Positions 6,994-13,485 of a DNA stretch of 21,452 nucleotides are shown piece by piece; the first letter of the stretch is position 1; the number at the start of each line of letters is the position of its first letter. A program made the position numbers and the translations under genes. Below the pieces are notes generated by a model, which worked only from the letters and a program-made list of their open reading frames with translations, was not told where the DNA came from and did not search any database. Source of the DNA: a virus (lineage: Duplodnaviria > Heunggongvirae > Uroviricota > Caudoviricetes); IMG/VR virus record IMGVR_UViG_3300050120_000279; one strand, written 5' to 3'.

Positions 6994-9011
6994 TATCGAA
7001 GGACCGCCTGAAGGTTGTAACGGCTGAAGACGGTGACTGGTGTCCGAAGCACAAACTTGAGTGAGATCTGGACACTGGTGATCAGACTGAGGTTGGTCCC
7101 ACTGGTGTAGGGCACAACGATTGTGGAATCGGTATTGAAGGCGATGCCCGTCAGATTCTGATCGAGAACCGAACCTGTCGAGGAGAATGCCTGATAGCAG
7201 AAATAGACACTGGCGCCGCCGGCCGACTCGGCGTCATAGCGCAGAATGAGCGGGCAGCCGGCCACAGTAAATGGGCCTTGTACGATTACACCCGGAAGAA
7301 CTGGAGTGATATCCAAACCTTCGATATCCTCAAAGCCCAGATCGTACTGGTAGCCGCGCTTGGTTACGGACACTGGAGGGATGTAGCTCCCAAGCGAGAA
7401 AGGCAGCGAAGCTTCGACCGTAGCCATCGTCGAACGACGGAGCGAGTCCGTGCTCAAGTCCTGGTACTCGATGATCGTGTAGTTCTCCTGCACAAAGGTC
7501 AGATAAATCGCTGAAACGATCTGTCGAGGAAAGGTGATCTGCATGTCGCGGTCGACAAGAATCGATCCGCCGAAGATCGCTGTACGTGATGTCGAGATGA
7601 GACCTTCAAGTTCCACTGAGATTAGCGTTGCAGGATAGCTATTGAAAGGCTTGATGGACACGGCATTGCAGTACCTCTGCTGATCCAAATTGACCTTCAA
7701 CGTGCAGGTCGGGCCGTATGAAGAAGCACCTGGCGTCGAGATCAGGAGGGTATAGTCCGTATCCAGTACCGTGTTGAGCTGGAAGAACAACCCAGTCGCC
7801 AGCCCTGTTTCATCTGTGAGCGGAAACTTGTTGTCGACGATCCCAACGGGAAGGAAGGAGGTCTCATCGTCTCGGAATGGACGGTTGAGGTCCAACATGT
7901 GGACGTCACTCCAGTTGATCTGATCAACCGAGCACTGATAGGCCGGGAAGTTCTCGCTGAAGCGCACAATGACACTCACGCCTGTACCGATCGTCAGTGA
8001 CGTGATGCTGCCTGTCTGATCAATGGTGAAGTCCGAGCCGCTGGAGTAGAAATCCCCGATCGTACCGTCCGAATTGACGGCATATACGATCACGTTATCT
8101 GGGTCGATGGTGTACGCGCTGACCGGGAAGGGTACTGCGTCCGTGATACGACCTACAGTCTGGCTGATGCGTGGGTAAAAGAGGAGCCGCAGGTAGGTCG
8201 GCAGCGCGCCGCCAGGAACGGATCCACTAACACTAAGTAGGCCCGGGTTGCCGCCGGCGAGAGGAAGGAGCACCTGAACATTAGGTGCTGAGGTGAACGA
8301 TACCTGGGGAATGTCCTCAACAAGAGTGAGATCCGTTGCAGACATGTCGGGGCTGTAGAACTCACTCGGTGTTCCGATGGCAGGAAGCGTCCAGCTGAGC
8401 TGCTTGGCTGGGATCACCGTGGTCACAGAAGGAGGCAGGAGGCCCGAGTAGACGACTCCGGCGGTGACGGTTCCACTAGTGTCTCCGAGGAAGACCCTGG
8501 AGCCTGTGGCAAGCTTGCTGGGGTAGAGGACGCCGTTCGATGGATCCTTGGGAAGGATGAGCTGCGAGATCTTGCCCTGATCCACAGAGAAGTCCCAGTC
8601 CTGAGACCAGACGAAAGGCACCGGCGGCATACTCGGCAGATTTGCAACCCAGTTCGAGAGGCCATCCTCAGCTAGAAGCTGATCGAGAAGGTCCGACTCT
8701 GCCTGGAGGAATGCAATCAGAGATTCAGAACGGGTGACGAAGCTGTTGGCCTCAGATAGAAGCGCCGTGAAGCGGGCTTGAAGCAATGAGAGAGGCTGAA
8801 GCAGTGACTCGTCCTGGGCACGTGTGCCAGCTGTCGCCACAGGAATGTTGGCGAAGCTGGTTGCCTGCGATTCGAGTTGCATTAGCGTCGTCTTGTCGAA
8901 TGCAGATCCACTGGACAGATCCCCTGTAGCAAGCGCAGCTTGGAGAAGCGCCAGGAGCTGCTGGTACTGGAATGATGCGAGGTCGCTGTTGTAAGTGCCG
9001 AGAAGCTGCAT
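6993..9011 (-). CDS. Putative baseplate/virion structural protein with discoidin-like domain, 672 aa
   Basis: Helical N-terminal ~130 aa, beta-rich remainder, YQCSVDQINWS and LKVNLDQQRYCNAVSIKP...TFPRQIVSAIYLTFVQ. TAATG overlap at 9009-9013. Confidence 0.65.
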   Translation of the reverse strand: MQLLGTYNSDLASFQYQQLLALLQAALATGDLSSGSAFDKTTLMQLESQATSFANIPVATAGTRAQDESLLQPLSLLQARFTALLSEANSFVTRSESLIAFLQAESDLLDQLLAEDGLSNWVANLPSMPPVPFVWSQDWDFSVDQGKISQLILPKDPSNGVLYPSKLATGSRVFLGDTSGTVTAGVVYSGLLPPSVTTVIPAKQLSWTLPAIGTPSEFYSPDMSATDLTLVEDIPQVSFTSAPNVQVLLPLAGGNPGLLSVSGSVPGGALPTYLRLLFYPRISQTVGRITDAVPFPVSAYTIDPDNVIVYAVNSDGTIGDFYSSGSDFTIDQTGSITSLTIGTGVSVIVRFSENFPAYQCSVDQINWSDVHMLDLNRPFRDDETSFLPVGIVDNKFPLTDETGLATGLFFQLNTVLDTDYTLLISTPGASSYGPTCTLKVNLDQQRYCNAVSIKPFNSYPATLISVELEGLISTSRTAIFGGSILVDRDMQITFPRQIVSAIYLTFVQENYTIIEYQDLSTDSLRRSTMATVEASLPFSLGSYIPPVSVTKRGYQYDLGFEDIEGLDITPVLPGVIVQGPFTVAGCPLILRYDAESAGGASVYFCYQAFSSTGSVLDQNLTGIAFNTDSTIVVPYTSGTNLSLITSVQISLKFVLRTPVTVFSRYNLQAVLR

Positions 9012-9523
9012 TAGACACCCTTCATGGGAATAAGACTGATTGGAGTTGTCTGCGTGGCCATCATGGTCTTGAGGGTGTCATAGACAGCATCCTCGGTGAA
9101 GGCCGAGAAGATGCCCTTACTTGTGACATCATTCAGACCGAAAGAACTATTGTTGGCTTGGGTAATGAAACCCGAGGTCACAATAGTGTCTGTCAAAGGA
9201 CCAGCGTTGCTCATCGAGGTCCCGTAGGTCACCTGGAGAGATCCATCATTCAGGCCGATATTGCCGTCTTTCCACGAGATACCTGGGTTCAGGCCGATAC
9301 CCTTGTTTGGTACATACGTTGGTGTGGAAGGGTAGGTGTACTGGCCCATAAGCTCGCTCAGGTTTTGCTCGACGACACCTGTGCCAGTACCTTCAAGCAT
9401 CTTGAGCAAGGTGGTATGGCACTTATCGCAGAAGTCGTGCATGTTCGAGCCGATACGAATCTTGACCGGCTCAACCTTCTCCGGCAGATCGGATTTGCAT
9501 AGATCACAGGCGTATTTGGTCAT
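9011..9523 (-). CDS. Hypothetical protein with N-terminal CxxC-x22-CxxC zinc finger, 170 aa
   Basis: C6xxC9 and C32xxC35 (YACDLC...HDFCDKCH), followed by a G/S/T/N-rich region with three GLN(P/D) repeats. TAATG overlaps at both ends. Confidence 0.7.
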   Translation of the reverse strand: MTKYACDLCKSDLPEKVEPVKIRIGSNMHDFCDKCHTTLLKMLEGTGTGVVEQNLSELMGQYTYPSTPTYVPNKGIGLNPGISWKDGNIGLNDGSLQVTYGTSMSNAGPLTDTIVTSGFITQANNSSFGLNDVTSKGIFSAFTEDAVYDTLKTMMATQTTPISLIPMKGV

Positions 9524-10053
9524 TAGATAATGTCCGCATCAGCAGCTAGCTGGATGTTGTAGGTCTTGAATACACCAGCGACGAAGGGAATGGTGTAACG
9601 AACGAAGAACTGGGCGGAGTCAAAAGCACCTAGTACCCCATCCTGACCGTTCTGGCCAATCGATACCGCCGGCAAGGTCAACCATGTCGACGGGTCGGAT
9701 TCAAGGCCCACAGTCTTCGAGAACCGAAGGAAGTTCGATCCGTCAAAGCTGATCTCAAACCCTCCATTCATCTCAGGTCGCGGAGGCGTGTAGGCGTCAC
9801 CATAGGCCGGCCAGACACCCTGAACGATAGCTAGGTCACCGGGGTCTCCGGTGAGATAGATCTTGACGTTCTTGAAGGTCTCAAGAGAACCTTCCGAGCT
9901 GGCAGAGCTCTGGAGAGTGATCGTCTGAGTCACATTGGGCACACCAGGGAAGCCGACAGGAAACACAAGTCCCCCATCTACCCACTCGCCATTGAGGCGA
10001 CCGCGCAGCAGCGCCCCGTTCTGTTGCCATACGAAGTAACTCGGATTGACCAA
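9523..10053 (-). CDS. Hypothetical beta-rich protein, probably virion structural, 176 aa (TTG start)
   Basis: GGAGGA-C-TAA-TTG start abutting the upstream stop. Aromatic/Gly-rich beta-strand pattern and core-like codon usage. Confidence 0.65.
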   Translation of the reverse strand: MVNPSYFVWQQNGALLRGRLNGEWVDGGLVFPVGFPGVPNVTQTITLQSSASSEGSLETFKNVKIYLTGDPGDLAIVQGVWPAYGDAYTPPRPEMNGGFEISFDGSNFLRFSKTVGLESDPSTWLTLPAVSIGQNGQDGVLGAFDSAQFFVRYTIPFVAGVFKTYNIQLAADADII

Positions 10054-10287
10054 TTAGTCCTCCATGAAGTTGAACGCGAGGAAAGAGTTGACTGCCTTGG
10101 GGTCTGGCCCCTGGGTCATCTCTTTGCCACACTCACAGGTTCGTGTCTGAGCAACATCCACGATCTTTGGTGCATCGGGATTGAAGCGAGACCGGCCGTT
10201 CGGCAGCTTGATCCAGCCGGTGGTATCGATCTTGGTGATTTCACGTTTCTCGTGACCTTCGTCACACTTGAAATACAGAACTGGCAT
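10054..10287 (-). CDS. FmdB-like zinc-ribbon protein, 77 aa (start revised from 10437)
   Basis: MPVLYFKCDEGHE resembles the FmdB-family start MPxYEYxCxxCGH, with distal CECG. AGGAG lies 10 nt upstream of ATG 10287 and overlaps the upstream TAG. The longer ORF-track start would overlap the 104-aa gene. Confidence 0.65.
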   Translation of the reverse strand: MPVLYFKCDEGHEKREITKIDTTGWIKLPNGRSRFNPDAPKIVDVAQTRTCECGKEMTQGPDPKAVNSFLAFNFMED

Positions 10288-10300
10288 TGAAGATGCTCTC

Positions 10301-10615
10301 CTAAGCTGGGGTAAGGTCGCCTTCGGCGCCTGTGAGATGGGTGTAAGCCGCGAGCATGGCGCGCTGTTTGACGATGTCGACGAACATCCACATGTCGACA
10401 TCAGGATCGACAGCAGGCATTGCCTTGAAGTTGCCATCCTCCAGCTGGATGAGAATCACGATGTTCTTGATCGACTTCCGATACTGGTAGGCCATATCGA
10501 TGACTTCCTCAAATGGAGTCTCGAATTCTTCAGGTTCCTGTGGTTGGGGAAATTTGAGCAACGTAAGCTTTTGCTCTACGGGAGGGTCTGGCCAAGCGCC
10601 TGGGTCTGATCTCAT
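10301..10615 (-). CDS. Hypothetical protein, 104 aa
   Basis: Fills the gap between the spike and zinc-ribbon genes with core-like codons. Pro/Glu-rich N-terminus followed by an alpha/beta segment. No recognisable family and no clear SD sequence. Confidence 0.65.
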   Translation of the reverse strand: MRSDPGAWPDPPVEQKLTLLKFPQPQEPEEFETPFEEVIDMAYQYRKSIKNIVILIQLEDGNFKAMPAVDPDVDMWMFVDIVKQRAMLAAYTHLTGAEGDLTPA

Positions 10616-10635
10616 GCTGCGATCATCAAGAAACT

Positions 10636-10645
10636 ATGGAGTTGA
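10636..10645 (-). promoter_or_regulatory. Candidate regulatory motif TCAACTCCAT (copy 2), upstream of the 104-aa gene
   Basis: Exact match to 3373-3382. It overlaps the spacer of a weak sigma70-like arrangement TTGGCT-17 nt-GATGAT-6 nt-ATG. Confidence 0.33.
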
Positions 10646-10677
10646 GCCAAAGACATGAAGCTCTTGGGTGCAATGAC

Positions 10678-13446
10678 TTACAAACTTAGCCACTCAGCTC
10701 CGCCTACTGCTGGGTTGAGCACAAATGGATAGAGCGTTAGAGATGCTCCAGCCGCAACAGTCACCGTCCCAGACCCATTGATAGTTTGTCCGCTGAAGGC
10801 AGCAACCGTAAGGGTGCCAGTGCCGATGTTTTTAATCTTCAGCACACCCGCCCGATTGAAGGACTGATAGTTTGCGTTCTTCAAAGTGAATGTCGTCGCG
10901 CTCGATGAAGTTTGCACGACCAGCCGGTCGCTATCAATCTGCGTGTAATTGGCAGACACTATCGTGATCGGATTGCCGTACACACCTTCGACTCCAGCAC
11001 GCATGATGGCGAGCCATAGAGCTTGGCCAGTGTCGTTTGGATGGGTACCATCGGCAAAGTATGTTGTGTTCGCAGAGGCGCCTGTCGCTCCGAGAATCGG
11101 ATCAGCAGCTAGATTCGCCACCCAATCAAACTCATCTCCATTGGCCAGAAGAAGCGCGTTGAATGCCTGCGCTAGTTGATCACCGGTGTAGCTAGTAGAA
11201 CCGCCTCCTGTGACGTAATTTCCAGATCGGCTAATCATTGTCGAAACAACTGTCTGGTAACCCTGAGCCTTGGCCTTACGGTTCCACGCGAGGACGTCGA
11301 GCAAGGCATTTGCCGGACTCTGCAAATAGTTCGTCAGGCTGTTTGTGACCCCGCCATGCCATGCGATGTTTCTCTGGCCTTGAATGTTGTAAAGAGGAGC
11401 TTCACGGTCTTCGTAACCAGCATCCATGTCCTTGGAGGCTTGACCGCTAATCGAAAGATTGTAGATAGTGCAAGGAAAGTCAAGAGCAAGTCTTGAGGCA
11501 GGAGTCCCTGATGCTTGAAAGCCCTGGTCGATACTCGTTCCAGTGATGGAAAGAACAGAGTCGGTCTTCCACGTGGGATCTGGATAGCCAAACTTGACGC
11601 CCAGCGAGGACAGTCGTGTCATCTCTGATTTGCACCTTGCGATAGCTTGCGAAACTGTGTCTCGTGTTGACGCGGCCCAGATGCTATAGATTGTGCCGTA
11701 CGTTCCAAAGCATAGAAGCGCATTAGTTAGCTGTGCTCCTCCCACAAGATCATGTGTGTCTCCGCGAGAAGAGTACTGAACTTCATGGCCGTCAATTACC
11801 ATGATGTCTTGCAGAGAACCGCCATCACCTGCCACTATCTCTATGCAATGGATTCCCGAGATGCCGTCCTTAGCTATCGTGTTCGGACTGCCATTGGATT
11901 GGCCGACGCAGGGGAAGAAAGCCATAGCACCGTGGTCTAGCGGTATACCGTAGGTTTGACCGATAAGCATACCGGATTGTCCACCTGCCGCAGTGGCCCC
12001 TAGAAACGGGTTTCTACCGCCTACAGGGAAGTAGGCGCAGAACCCTATCGTCGGTCTCCCGGAGGCGTTGGCTATACTGATTGTCTGCGTTCCCACGTCA
12101 AGGCCAACAGGCTTGCGCCATACCGCAGGTGTGGTCGCGTCACCAGTGATTACGCCGGGAAGATTATTGCCCGATGCATCAGCCAAAACTGTACCTGCAC
12201 CATCACGCAGCGTAATCCATGTATCCAGTCCAGCCATCGCAGGCCAGCTAGAGGCGAGCAAGCCAACCCCTGTTGCATCTGCAATTTTGGCATCGATTAC
12301 ATTGGGCGGATAAGTGCCGAAGCCCTGATAGGTAGAGGCCAGGGTGTCACCGTTGTTGATCATCAAGGATGCGGAAACATCCGATGTAAATCCGGCACGC
12401 CAGAACCCGACACTGCTCCCAACAGTCTGTGCTGTATCGGCAGCGATGGCACCTGCAACTCCATCGATGAAGACCTTGTTTTCGTCGTACCGGCAAAGGC
12501 CGTTGGTGTAAGTAACAGAGCCTACCCCAGCAAATGCAGGAGGACAAGCTCCAGAAGGATATGCTGTGTTCCAATCGGAAATCGTACCGAGAATAATGCA
12601 TTCCAATGAGGGGCAGAAAGTTGTAAACGGCGATGTTGGCAACCCGTGATTAGGGCCGTTTTCATCCACGTTATGAGATACACCCATACGTGCGTATTTG
12701 ATAGCACCGAGGTTGGTGGGTACAGTGAACGAGAAGAGTACCTGTGGATTCGCACCATGATAGACAAGTGTCCCATCCCCGCCCAAGAAGTTCATCGCAG
12801 CATCATAGTAGACAATTCCCCACTGTCCACCTACTAGACCCAAGTTTGTAGTGTATGTCTGTCCATTAGCTACAATGAAATACGGTGACTCCTGATATGA
12901 ATCACCGTGCGAGTCATTCAATCCGGTTGAAGCCTGGAGAAGTACGCCGATAGACCAGAGAGATGAATCACCAGTTAGCAAATTTGCCGATGTAGAAAGA
13001 TACGGGTCAGCACTGCTCACCACGATGGCGTCGATGATCTTATTGAGAATCATCTTGCCACCACTGTTCGCAGGAATGAAGTCCGTGGCCATGCAGCCGG
13101 ACTTGGCAACCAGATCACCTGTCGCAATATCCACGAAGTAACCCAGAACCTTCGTCACTGGATTGAACATATTCGCCCCTGCAGGGAGAGAGTTCACTCG
13201 CAGTGTAGCGAGGGATACCAAAGAAGCAACCCCGTCTGCGCCATCTGTTCCGTCTGTTCCGTCGAGGCCGGCGTCCCCTTTGTCTCCCTTTGCAATTGAT
13301 GCCGCGGCCTTCCTTAGCGTCATAGCGGTGCCACCAAGGCGCAGTTTGATATCCGGAGCATTTGCAGCCCCGTTCGCGATAGCACCGATATTGTTTAGAT
13401 CGAGGTAGCCGTCAGCCAATTGCTGTACAGAAATGAGATTGGACAA
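10678..13446 (-). CDS. Tail spike/fibre with SGNH (GDSL-like) hydrolase domain, 922 aa (TTG start)
   Basis: AAAGGA lies 7 nt upstream of TTG. Domains in order: N-terminal anchor; six Gly-X-Y triplets (aa 54-72); two CBM-like repeats; a LamG/ConA-like segment (DGAGTVLADASGNN); SGNH blocks GTS638, SG668, GGVTN702, D799GTH802; and a C-terminal fibre-tip domain (IKNIGTGTLTV...GQTING). Confidence 0.85.
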   Translation of the reverse strand: MSNLISVQQLADGYLDLNNIGAIANGAANAPDIKLRLGGTAMTLRKAAASIAKGDKGDAGLDGTDGTDGADGVASLVSLATLRVNSLPAGANMFNPVTKVLGYFVDIATGDLVAKSGCMATDFIPANSGGKMILNKIIDAIVVSSADPYLSTSANLLTGDSSLWSIGVLLQASTGLNDSHGDSYQESPYFIVANGQTYTTNLGLVGGQWGIVYYDAAMNFLGGDGTLVYHGANPQVLFSFTVPTNLGAIKYARMGVSHNVDENGPNHGLPTSPFTTFCPSLECIILGTISDWNTAYPSGACPPAFAGVGSVTYTNGLCRYDENKVFIDGVAGAIAADTAQTVGSSVGFWRAGFTSDVSASLMINNGDTLASTYQGFGTYPPNVIDAKIADATGVGLLASSWPAMAGLDTWITLRDGAGTVLADASGNNLPGVITGDATTPAVWRKPVGLDVGTQTISIANASGRPTIGFCAYFPVGGRNPFLGATAAGGQSGMLIGQTYGIPLDHGAMAFFPCVGQSNGSPNTIAKDGISGIHCIEIVAGDGGSLQDIMVIDGHEVQYSSRGDTHDLVGGAQLTNALLCFGTYGTIYSIWAASTRDTVSQAIARCKSEMTRLSSLGVKFGYPDPTWKTDSVLSITGTSIDQGFQASGTPASRLALDFPCTIYNLSISGQASKDMDAGYEDREAPLYNIQGQRNIAWHGGVTNSLTNYLQSPANALLDVLAWNRKAKAQGYQTVVSTMISRSGNYVTGGGSTSYTGDQLAQAFNALLLANGDEFDWVANLAADPILGATGASANTTYFADGTHPNDTGQALWLAIMRAGVEGVYGNPITIVSANYTQIDSDRLVVQTSSSATTFTLKNANYQSFNRAGVLKIKNIGTGTLTVAAFSGQTINGSGTVTVAAGASLTLYPFVLNPAVGGAEWLSL
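13231..13287 (-). repeat. Collagen-like Gly-X-Y repeat (GDKGDAGLDGTDGTDGADG)
   Basis: Six consecutive Gly-X-Y triplets plus Gly, at aa 54-72 of the 922-aa spike. Confidence 0.8.
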
Positions 13447-13485
13447 GTTGTATTCCTTTGGAGTTATGACAATGCAGTTGTATTC
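13446..13485. repeat. 10-bp direct repeat AGTTGTATTC x2 flanking the 552-aa stop codon and the spike RBS
   Basis: Copies at 13446-13455 and 13476-13485, 30 nt apart. Confidence 0.5.

Noticed and set aside
10288-10437. ORF-track N-terminal extension of the zinc-ribbon gene
   Set aside because: It overlaps the 104-aa gene in another frame. ATG 10287 has an AGGAG RBS and a family-typical MPxxY start.
13446-13485. Idea that deletion between the 10-bp repeats fuses the 552-aa and 922-aa genes
   Set aside because: The two ORFs are in different frames, so a 30-nt deletion would not create an in-frame fusion.
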